Origin: Octopus sinensis
Taxonomy: Eukaryota
Reading direction: 5' to 3'
NCBI RefSeq assembly: GCF_006345805.1
Contig: NC_043000.1
Location: forward strand, 76,446,001-76,510,000
DNA length: 64,000 nt
A program made the translations under genes and the position numbers. The notes below the pieces were generated by a model, which saw only the letters and a program-made list of their open reading frames with translations, made no database searches and was not told where the DNA came from. Positions 37,700 through 47,010 of this stretch are shown one piece after another; the first letter of the stretch is position 1, and each line of letters begins with the position of its first letter.

Positions 37700-38176
37700 A
37701 GCCAAGTCGGAACAGATATTTTCACGAGGCATTTCCGTCCCTGCCTCGGCAATATCTGACCTAAAATTTTCAAATCATCGCACTCGCGCCAAATTTATCG
37801 GCAGCAAATAAATATAAGCCGCCGATTCCATTACGGAATTAACCAGAAAGTTCATAATTAATCAATATAGGGTGGCAAAAAATTTTGTAGAATTTTTTTG
37901 CCGTTCCTTGATTGTGATGTTGAACTTAAGAATGGTCTATGACTATTTAATTTTTTCCCACTAGGCCGCTGGTGGCAAAAAAATTCTACAAAATTTTTTG
38001 CCACCCTATATTGATTAATTATGAACTTTCTGGTTAATTCCGTAATGGAATCGGCGGCTTATATTTATTTGCTGCCGATAAATTTGGTGCGAGTGCGATG
38101 ATTTAAAAATTTTAGGTCAGATATTGCCGAGGCAGGAACGGAAATGCCTCGTGAAAATATCTGTTCCGAGTTGGCT

Positions 38177-38283
38177 ATTTCTTACTGATGATTCTAAGGG
38201 CCTATGGAAGATTGGCTTGATTTAATTTAATCAGGTTAGTTTACCATTAAACAGTAGATGAAACGGTGCATCGTATAAGAAAT
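38177..38283 (+). ncRNA. Type I hammerhead ribozyme (further + copies at 38663-38769, 39148-39254, 39635-39741)
   Basis: Helix I ATTTCTTA/TAAGAAAT (8 bp); CTGATGA 38185-38191; 68-nt helix II closed by TCTA/TAGA; GAAA 38260-38263; helix III ACGGTGCATCGT; GTA cleavage triplet ending at 38275. Confidence 0.85.
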
Positions 38284-39959
38284 TACAGGGTAAATGTTTT
38301 TTAATTTTCTCCTGGTTTACGGAATTGATGTTATTTGGCGGTTGAAGCTTTGGCTGTTATTTCTAGTGGGTGAATGGCCTATTATGGTCGTTCCTTGATT
38401 GTGATGTTGAACTTAAGAATGGTCTATGACTATTTAATTTTTTCCCACTAGGCCGCTGGTGGCAAAAAAATCTACAAAATTTTTTGCCACCCTATATTGA
38501 TTAATTATGAACTTTCTGGTTAATTCCGTAATGGAATCGGCGGCTTATATTTATTTGCTGCCGATAAATTTGGCGCGAGTGCGATGATTTGAAAATTTTA
38601 GGTCAGATATTGCCGAGGCAGGGACGGAAATGCCTCGTGAAAATATCTGTTCCGACTTGGCTATTTCTTACTGATGATTCTAAGGGCCTATGGAAGATTG
38701 GCTTGATTTAATTTAATCAGGTTAGTTTACCATTAAACAGTAGATGAAACGGTGCATCGTATAAGAAATTACAGGGTAAATGTTTTTTAATTTTCTCCTG
38801 GTTTACGGAATTGATGTTATTTGGCGGTTGAAGCTTTGGCTGTTATTTCTAGTGGTGAATGGCCTATTATGGTCGTTCCTTGATTGTGATGTTGAACTTA
38901 AGAATGGTCTATGACTATTTAATTTTTTCCCACTAGGCCGCTGGTGGCAAAAAAATCTACAAAATTTTTTGCCACCCTATATTGATTAATTATGAACTTT
39001 CTGGTTAATTCCGTAATGGAATCGGCGGCTTATATTTATTTGCTGCCGATAAATTTGGCGCGAGTGCGATGATTTGAAAATTTTAGGTCAGATATTGCCG
39101 AGGCAGGGACGGAAATGCCTCGTGAAAATATCTGTTCCGACTTGGCTATTTCTTACTGATGATTCTAAGGGCCTATGGAAGATTGGCTTGATTTAATTTA
39201 ATCAGGTTAGTTTACCATTAAACAGTAGATGAAACGGTGCATCGTATAAGAAATTACAGGGTAAATGTTTTTTAATTTTCTCCTGGTTTACGGAATTGAT
39301 GTTATTTGGCGGTTGAAGCTTTGGCTGTTATTTCTAGTGGGTGAATGGCCTATTATGGCCGTTCCTTGATTGTGATGTTGAACTTAAGAATGGTCTATGA
39401 CTATTTAATTTTTTCCCACTAGGCCGCTGGTGGCAAAAAAATTCTACAAAATTTTTTGCCACCCTATATTGATTAATTATGAACTTTCTGGTTAATTCCG
39501 TAATGGAATCGGCGGCTTATATTTATTTGCTGCCGATAAATTTGGCGCGAGTGCGATGATTTGAAAATTTTAGGTCAGATATTGCCGAGGCAGGGACGGA
39601 AATGCCTCGTGAAAATATCTGTTCCGACTTGGCTATTTCTTACTGATGATTCTAAGGGCCTATGGAAGATTGGCTTGATTTAATTTAATCAGGTTAGTTT
39701 ACCATTAAACAGTAGATGAAATGGTGCATCGTATAAGAAATTACAGGGTAAATGTTTTTTAATTTTCTCCTGGTTTACGGAATTGATGTTATTTGGCGGT
39801 TGAAGCTTTGGCTGTTATTTCTAGTGGGTGAATGGCCTATTATGGCCGTTCCTTGATTGTGATGTTGAACTTAAGAATGGTCTATGACTATTTAATTTTT
39901 TCCCACTAGGCCGCTGGTGGCAAAAAAAATTCTACAAAATTTTTTGCCACCCTATATTG

Positions 39960-40000
<41 letters not shown>

Positions 40001-40002
40001 CG

Positions 40003-40262
40003 TTGAAGGACACATCTTTCGATTTACAATTTAATATAGTAGAACATTTAGTATGTGTGTATATATATATGTGTGTGTGTATATATATATATTGTCTGTT
40101 ATATACATTATATTATGTTTGTAATTTACCTCATCTTTACTTTTTAATTGTCATTTTAATTTTAACTTTCCTATGATATACAATTTTCAAGATGGTGTAA
40201 TTTAGTTGTTCATTTTGAATCGATAAAAGGTGTTTTTTTTTCTAATATTTCATGTATTAGCA
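40003..40262 (+). mobile_element. Second, diverged copy of the 3' region of the 35055-36000 PLE
   Basis: ttgaaggacaca.ctttcgatttacaat...ttttcaagatggtgtaat...gaatcgataaaaggtg is also present at 35601-35990. Confidence 0.75.
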
Positions 40263-40424
40263 TATATATATATATATATAGTGGTATAAATATCAACACA
40301 ATTTTTTCCCCTTCCTCCCTTATTTTTCTTTTTCTTTTCTTCTCTCTTCCCTTCTCCAAACACACAGACACCCACACACGCACACAAACACACATGCACA
40401 CACACACACACAAACACACACAGA

Positions 40425-41029
40425 CTCACACAGACACCTCCACAAAACGATCATAAAAAGTGGAAAGAATTCTTAAACCCAAAAAAGCATTTGACTATTC
40501 TCACAATGATAAAAGGAAATATAATTTATGGCCTACATCTCCGCCACCACACACTCAGTAACACTGTGAAGTGGTCAAAGCTGAAATTCTTTTTTTCCTA
40601 AGGCCTTAGAACCCCATTGGAGTCAATATTCTGTCCAGCAGACCCAAAAAATATTTTCTTCTTCTTCCCTCTCCCTTCCCCTCTTTCTCTCTAGCACTCA
40701 TCCCAGATACAAACACACACACACACACACACAACACACACAGACACACACAGACACCTCCACAAAACGATCATAAAAAGTGGAAAGAATTCTTAAACCC
40801 AAAAAAGCATTTGACTATTCTCACAATGATAAAAGGAAATATAATTTATGGCCTACATCTCCGCCACCACACACTCAGTAACACTGTGAAGTGGTCAAAG
40901 CTGAAATTCTTTTTTTCCTAAGGCCTTAGAACCCCATTGGAGTCAATATTCTGTCCAGCAGACCCAAAAAATATTTTCTTCTTCTTCCCTCTCCCTTCCC
41001 CTCTTTCTCTCTAGCACTCATCCCAGATA

Positions 41030-41065
<36 letters not shown>
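40425..41065. repeat. Two-copy tandem duplication, 320-bp period, bounded by (CA)n
   Basis: cagacacctccacaaaacgatc...cccagatacaaacacac occurs twice with no differences seen in the unique part. Confidence 0.9.
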
Positions 41066-41068
<3 letters not shown>

Positions 41069-41314
41069 TTTCTCTCTCACTTTTTCCTCATCCATCATCC
41101 TCTTGTACTGTCTTATATTCCTCCCCACCACTACGAAACTCTATAAAATGATCAAAATTCCTCACACAGGAACTTAGTTTGATTTGAAACCCCCACTAGA
41201 ATGGGGGAAAGCGCTTATGATCTAAGTGATATGATATATATATATAAAAAATGTAATATATAAATAAATATCTGTAAATATAAACCATCCGATCTTCTGA
41301 GTACCTTATTTCTT

Positions 41315-41428
<114 letters not shown>

Positions 41429-42393
41429 TGAAATAGAAAGATGAATAATCTTGTTGCAGATTAATCAAAAGTTTAACCGATACCTCGGTAGCAAAAATCA
41501 CAGCAGAAGACGGCACGGTTGGAGGTACAACCATATGGTGTTGCAACCGTGCGTTGGTGCGGATAATTGAATTTTAATATTATTAGTGAATTGAAGAAAT
41601 GGAGTTGAACGAAGATTGAACACAAATCGTTTTATTGCATTCTACACGTGTTTCGAAAGGCACAATTTACCAAATTCCGATTGAATAAGGAGACCATATT
41701 GTGTCTTTCTCTTCAGGAAGAAATAGGAAATCCGTTGGAAAAAACAAAAACAGAACAGAGGCGGAGCAAAACAAATCGAACGAGGCTCCTAAGAGTCCAT
41801 GGCCAAACTGTTTATCAATGTATGTTGAAAACGGGTGGTGAGTGCGTTGAAGATTTTAACGGGTCAGGCAGCGGTCATTCCGGTGGGTGAGAGCACGGGG
41901 TGCGTAGATGTTCTTTGTGACCGAGACTAAAGTTCTGACTATTTAAAGAATATTAGGTGTATTATATGGGGCGAGACAAAATCTACTTAGAAACATGTGT
42001 GTGTGTACTGTTCTATATATGCGCGGCCGCAAGTTGGTAAGAAGCGCTACACTCTGGTCACTGCTGAGAAATCCGTCAGGGGGTAGAAAATATTTTATGT
42101 GTACGTATGTGCGTTTGATCGCGCGGCCGTCAGTTGGTAAACAGCCCTACACAATGGTCACTGCTGTAAAATCCGTCGGGCGGCAGAAAAATATTTTATG
42201 TGTGCGTGTGTTCGTCTAATCATGCCTTGTGAAAGAAAACCCCCGTCGTCAAAACAAAACACCATTCGTCTCCCAGGAGTAATTCCCCTTGCAATGGTTA
42301 ATCATATTTCTCTTAAAAGCTTTTTCAGAATTTATTTCCAAGGGCTATTTTCATATAAGTAGTGTAACCGGGTGCAGGTATTATTTATAAGCG

Positions 42394-43614
42394 TTATTTA
42401 TAAGCAAGATAAGTATAACGCCGCCAATGGGGGCATCGAAAAGCCGACTGTAAAAGTCCGTTTACCATCCGGTCTCTGGCGAACAATATATGGAAGAGTT
42501 CGGAGACACAAAGGTTGCACTTCCTTCTGCCCCTGTCAAATGGGAGGGCCACCGACAAAATTGACCATTCCAGCCTGTAGCTTGAGTTCGTATTCTTCAA
42601 TCGCCATATTAGCTTGCTAAGTCCCGTGGTCTGGCATTTATTCACGTCTCGAAAAGTTGCGTAATGGTTGGAGATTCGTAAGGCCAATCTTGACGATGAG
42701 GCCCCTACATAAGAGTAGACATCTGAGTCCGTGTAAACCTTGCATTGGTAGACGGCGTTTCTGATCTTGGAGTTCACCGACGTGAACCTTATTCTGTTAG
42801 GATTAGTTTCTGAAATTAGAACTGCGTTACTGTTACTATATTTGTTGCGAGAACTGCAGCCGCTTACTACTTTATTTTCCACTACGTCACTATTAACTAA
42901 CGGAATAACCCCTGATCCTACACTATCACTCAGAGTGCTGTCATTGCTAGTGCCCGTGGTGCCGCTATTGCCGGAAACGATGCTGGAGTTGCTATTGGGA
43001 CTCTCTACCCTAACGAGCCGAGCTGCGCTCACCTCACTACTGCCATTGTTACCGTCAATGACATCACCCTTATTTATAACTATACCCCTAGTATATAATC
43101 CCTGGTTGGAGCTGAGATTATGAGTCACTGTACTGGCTCTCATATCATTATTACTACTATTATTATTCCTACTGCGCGTTAAACCGGGAGCGGAAGAAGC
43201 TGTGCCTCCGGAAAAAGGTGATAGGGTCTTAGTAAGCAGCCTATTATTATGGGAGGCGATTATCTGGGCGAGGTTTTTAGTGTTGGAGAAAGCTATCCTA
43301 ACTTTATGCGAGTTAACCGTGGAGTAATATTTGGAATTTCTGGGGAAGTTATTGGCGATGGCTTGTCGAAACATGAGGGGGAGATTAGTTCTACTCTGCT
43401 TACCAAAGGGAATTACAAACCATATATGCTTATTCCTATTTATGTGATGGGTCGGGACGCCAGCTCTCGCATTCGGGTGGGTGATTCTCGGATGAATAAC
43501 GGGTTTTGGGTTAGTGTGAGATCCCCCGGACCGATAATTATCCTTGTTCGCTAAATTAAATGCGGGAACGACTGCCCCAGCACCCGCCGCGCTCCCGTCA
43601 AACAGTTTGGCCAT
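42394..43614 (-). CDS. 406-aa PLE-derived protein: RT-thumb/linker remnant + S/N/G-rich spacer + GIY-YIG endonuclease, no RT core
   Basis: HIWFVIPF...NFP.NSKY...KVRIAFSNTKNLAQIIASHN resembles the PLE linker. AVYQCKV...YVGASS..LALRISNH...LSKLIW.LK...W.IL...CNLC.SE is a GIY-YIG. The ATG lies inside the inverted repeat. Confidence 0.75.
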   Translation of the reverse strand: MAKLFDGSAAGAGAVVPAFNLANKDNYRSGGSHTNPKPVIHPRITHPNARAGVPTHHINRNKHIWFVIPFGKQSRTNLPLMFRQAIANNFPRNSKYYSTVNSHKVRIAFSNTKNLAQIIASHNNRLLTKTLSPFSGGTASSAPGLTRSRNNNSSNNDMRASTVTHNLSSNQGLYTRGIVINKGDVIDGNNGSSEVSAARLVRVESPNSNSSIVSGNSGTTGTSNDSTLSDSVGSGVIPLVNSDVVENKVVSGCSSRNKYSNSNAVLISETNPNRIRFTSVNSKIRNAVYQCKVYTDSDVYSYVGASSSRLALRISNHYATFRDVNKCQTTGLSKLIWRLKNTNSSYRLEWSILSVALPFDRGRRKCNLCVSELFHILFARDRMVNGLLQSAFRCPHWRRYTYLAYK

Positions 43615-43689
43615 GGACTCTTAGGAGCCTCGTTCGATTTGTTTTGCTCCGCCTCTGTTCTGTTTTTGTTTTTTCCAACGGATTTCCTA

Positions 43690-43775
43690 TTTCTTCCTGA
43701 AGAGAAAGACACAATATGGTCTCCTTATTCAATCGGAATTTTGTAAATTGTGCCTTTCGAAACACGTGTAGAATG
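43690..43775 (+). ncRNA. Type I hammerhead ribozyme in the terminal repeat (mirror copy on the minus strand at ~41638-41722)
   Basis: TTC-CTGAAGA-GAAAGACACAAT...ATTGTGCCTTTC-GAAA-CACGTGT-A-GAA: canonical G10.1-C11.1, 11/12-bp helix II, palindromic helix III ACACGTGT, GUA site, 3-bp helix I. Confidence 0.8.
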
Positions 43776-44184
43776 CAATAAAACGATTCCTGTTCAATCT
43801 TCGTTCAACTCCATTTCTTCAATTCACTAATAATATATATATATATATAATATATATATATATATATTAATATATAATATATATATATATATATATAACG
43901 GGAAGCTTTATGAAAATAGACAAAAGACGAAGGCAGGTGGGAAACAAACAAACATTTGTATTAGTATGGCGCTCAGGAAATATAAATAAAACAAGTCTTT
44001 AACGTTTCGAGCCTACGCTCTTCAACAGAAAGATACACAGAGAGAAAAAAAATGCGTGCAGTAACTAACGAGTCAACATGGCGATCTGATTTCGGCCAGA
44101 GGTCAAAGATCAAACATGAGACGCGAGTGCGAAATAAGGGGAGATAATAGGGTTGATAATAGGGTTGAATGACCAGCTATTAGT

Positions 44185-44252
44185 GCGTAGGAGAGGTCTG
44201 GACATGTGTATGTATAGGGTTAGTGTATGTATTAGTATGTATTAGTATGTAT

Positions 44253-44287
<35 letters not shown>

Positions 44288-44535
44288 AGAGAGTATTAGT
44301 GCGTATGATAGGTCTGGACGTGCGTATGTATGGGGTTGGTGTATGTATTAGTATATATTAGTATGTATTAGTACGTATCAGTATGTATAAGTGTGTGTGT
44401 GTGTGTATGAGAGAGTATAAGTGCGTATGAGAGGTCTGGACGTGTGTATGTATAGGGTTGGTGTATGTATTAGTATGTATTAGTATGTATTAGTACGTAT
44501 TAGTATGTATTAGTTGGTGTATGTATTAGTATGGC
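44185..44535. repeat. About three degenerate ~120-bp repeats in the P2 3' region
   Basis: gagaggtctggac.tg.gtatgtat.gggtt.gtgtatgtattagtat recurs at ~44190, ~44310 and ~44430. Confidence 0.8.
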
Positions 44536-44538
44536 ACA

Positions 44539-45243
44539 TCATATATGATGTGATGTGTAAAGTCGTGCGGTGTAGTGTGGAGAGAGGAGAAGAGGGGGGG
44601 GGAGGAGAGGAGGGGGGAGGGGGGGGGGGGGGAGGGGGGGGGGGGGGGAGGAGAGGAGGGGGAGAGGGGGGAGAGGGGAGAAGGAATGGGAGGAGGAGGG
44701 GAAGGAGGAAAGAGGGAGAGGGGAGAGAGAAGGGGAGTGAGGGAGCAGAGGGAAGGGGAAGAGGGAAGGAGGGAGGGAGAAAGGGGGGTTAGATGAGGAG
44801 GGGAGAGAGTTGGGACCAAATGGCGTATAAGAGCGAAGAGAGAAGATTAATTCCTGTTCACGGCGCAAACGGGAATCCGGATGACCTCTGTGTAAGGACA
44901 AACCGAACACAGATAGGTGTTGCAAGGAGTGACCGGTGGAGCGGAAATGGCGTGAGACCGGTGTGTCGTTTGCAAGGTGGATGTCACGAAGGTGTTCCGC
45001 GAACCGGTCAGCCAAGCGGCGTCCCGTTTGTCCGATGTACAAGGAATGGCAGAGAGAGCAAGAGACGCAATAGATAATATTGCTGGAGGTGCAGGTGAAG
45101 GAGTGGATGATGGGATAGGGTCGATGGTGGGTGCTAGTGAGGAGGGTGGTGTTGGAGAGGTAAGGGCAAGTGCGGCAACGTGGGCGGGAGCAGGGGAACG
45201 AGCCGGGTTGGGAGGTAGGGTCAGGGAAGGAGCTATGGACCAA
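44539..45243 (-). CDS. PLE GIY-YIG endonuclease part (frameshift-separated)
   Basis: Cys linker CSRPRCRTC; IIYC..C..C...YIGQTGR; REQELIF.L. Confidence 0.85.
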   Translation of the reverse strand: MVHSSFPDPTSQPGSFPCSRPRCRTCPYLSNTTLLTSTHHRPYPIIHSFTCTSSNIIYCVSCSLCHSLYIGQTGRRLADRFAEHLRDIHLANDTPVSRHFRSTGHSLQHLSVFGLSLHRGHPDSRLRREQELIFSLRSYTPFGPNSLPSSSNPPFSLPPSLFPFPLLPHSPSLSPLPLSSFPSSSHSFSPLPPLPLLSSPPPPLPPPPLPPPLLPPPLLLSPHYTARLYTSHHI

Positions 45244-45289
45244 AAGGTCTCGAAGGTTGTGGGCTCGTTTGAAAGAGGGGAGGGGTCGG

Positions 45290-46204
45290 TTAGGGAAGAG
45301 GTGTGAAGTGGACGGGTCGGACTGGAGATGACGGAAAGCTCGAAGAATGGTGCGTTGGAGACGTAGGGTCGTGGGGGTGGTAAGTGAGGGGAAAAGGGAG
45401 GCGGGAGACTACAGGGCGGGTTCGGGGAGAGAGAGCAGATACACGGTCCACGGACCGTGCTCTGGCAAGGGCGGTGTGGATAGTGGTGAGGGGGTATCCA
45501 CGTAGGGTGAAGTGGTGAGCCATACGTTGAGACTGAGTCTCAAAGTCATGGTCGTCACTACAGAGCCTACGTAGACGGAGGAATTGGGAATAGGGGATGG
45601 AAAGCTTGGTGTGTTCTGGGTGGGAGGAAGAGAAGTTGAGGTATGAGTGTGAGTCTGTGTGTTTGTAGTGAATGGAGGTGGTAAGAGTGGAGTGAAGAAT
45701 GCTAACCGAAATGTCGAGGAAGGAGACAGAGGTGTTGGAGATAGTGGAAGTGAAGTGGAGGGCTGGATGGAAAGATTGGACGAAAGAGAGGAAGGAATCT
45801 AGATGTTCACGGGAGAGTGAGGTGGCACCGATAATGTCGTCAATGTAACGACCATATAGTTCAGGAGTGGGACCAGTGAAATTAGAGAGATATTTGGCCT
45901 CAACATAGCCAACGAACAGGTTCGCATAGTTGGGGCCCATTCGCGTTCCCATGGCCACTCCCGAGACCTGATGGTAGAACTCGCCCGCGAACGAGAAGCA
46001 GTTCAGAGTAAGGACAAGTTCGGCCAGACGAATGAGTGTGGAGGTGTCAGGTACAGGGTTAGAGTATGAGGTCAAGAAAGTGTCGAAGGGCCTGCAGTCC
46101 TTCGTGGTGAGGGATAACAGTATAGAGGCTTTCGATGTCCATAGTAAAAAGGATTTTGGAGGAGCCGGGAGGAAAGGAGAAAGAGTTGAAAAGCCGGAGA
46201 GCAT
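45290..46204 (-). CDS. PLE reverse transcriptase core (frameshift-separated)
   Basis: LVLTLNCFSF, GVAMGTRMGP, RYIDDII, FLDISV, SQFLRLRRLCS. Confidence 0.88.
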   Translation of the reverse strand: MLSGFSTLSPFLPAPPKSFLLWTSKASILLSLTTKDCRPFDTFLTSYSNPVPDTSTLIRLAELVLTLNCFSFAGEFYHQVSGVAMGTRMGPNYANLFVGYVEAKYLSNFTGPTPELYGRYIDDIIGATSLSREHLDSFLSFVQSFHPALHFTSTISNTSVSFLDISVSILHSTLTTSIHYKHTDSHSYLNFSSSHPEHTKLSIPYSQFLRLRRLCSDDHDFETQSQRMAHHFTLRGYPLTTIHTALARARSVDRVSALSPRTRPVVSRLPFPLTYHPHDPTSPTHHSSSFPSSPVRPVHFTPLP

Positions 46205-46893
46205 GGTTGGTATCGTGGATGTGGGAGGGAAGAGATGCCACTAGGGGGGCAAGGACACGGTCGAGGTATTTAGAGATGAGCTCCGTGGGGCAGTTACAGG
46301 CGGAGACGATGGGGCGGCCAGGGTTGTTGGGTTTGTGGATTTTGGGGAGGAAGTAAATGGTGGGGGTACGTGGGGTTCGCACAATTAGGTTGGATGCGGT
46401 GCGGGGGAGACAGGAGGACGAGATGAGGTCGCGGACAGTAGAGGATACCGTCTGTTGGTAGCTACGTGTGGGGTTAGAGGGCAGAGGGGAGTAGAAGGAG
46501 GTGTCATTGAGTTGGCGGAAAGCCTCGGCCCTATAGAGGTCCGCGCGCCACACCACTACAGCTCCACCCTTGTCAGCCGGTTTGATGATAATGTCAGCGC
46601 GCCGTTGGAGGGAACGAAGAGCCAAGAGCTCAGCCGGGGAGATGTTGAGGCGGCGTTGGCGCCTGGAGAAGTTGAACCGCTCCAATGCACGCTGACAAGC
46701 GCCCGCGAAAAGAACCACTGCTAGGATCTGGCCAGGGGCAGGCGTCCACGGGGATGGTCGGCGGCCCAGGCCAGTGAAGCAGTCCCCTTCGTTGGGTGTG
46801 GGTGGCGAGTCGTGGTAATGCGCACCCAACCGGACACGGCGCACAAAGCTGTGGACATCAACTCGCGTCTGGAATTCCTTACAGGATGGAGTG

Positions 46894-46950
<57 letters not shown>

Positions 46951-47010
46951 ATATATATATATATATAGGCATTATAAATCTCAGAATGAGATGTAAACAG
47001 TAATCGCTCG

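Larger units (their letters stand above)
36012..39961. repeat. Tandem array of a ~486-bp hammerhead-containing unit, two arms in opposite orientation, flanked by (TA)n
   Basis: Units start at 36012, 36499, 36988 and 37473. Orientation flips at 37900-37902. Reverse-orientation units recur at 37903, ~38390, ~38875, 39361 and 39849. Units differ mainly by single substitutions and homopolymer indels. Confidence 0.97.
41577..43837 (-). mobile_element. RT-less Penelope-like (Naiad-like) element with ~237-bp inverted terminal repeats
   Basis: 41577-41813 is the reverse complement of 43600-43837 (3 mismatches seen). The repeats enclose a GIY-YIG ORF and each contains a hammerhead motif. Confidence 0.85.
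43898..46884 (-). mobile_element. Penelope-like (Neptune-type) copy P2, nearly complete ORF, between (TA)n tracts
   Basis: N-terminus/RT (KPADKGGAVV, YFLPKIHKPNNPGRP, MDIESLYT), RT core (GVAMGTRMGPNYANL, YGRYIDD) and GIY-YIG (PCSRPRCRTC, NIIYCVSC...YIGQTGRRLADRFAEH) in three frameshifted ORFs. Confidence 0.95.

Noticed and set aside
36012-39961. Array as 5S rRNA, snRNA or tRNA gene repeats
   Set aside because: No recognisable 5S, U-snRNA or cloverleaf sequence was found on either strand.
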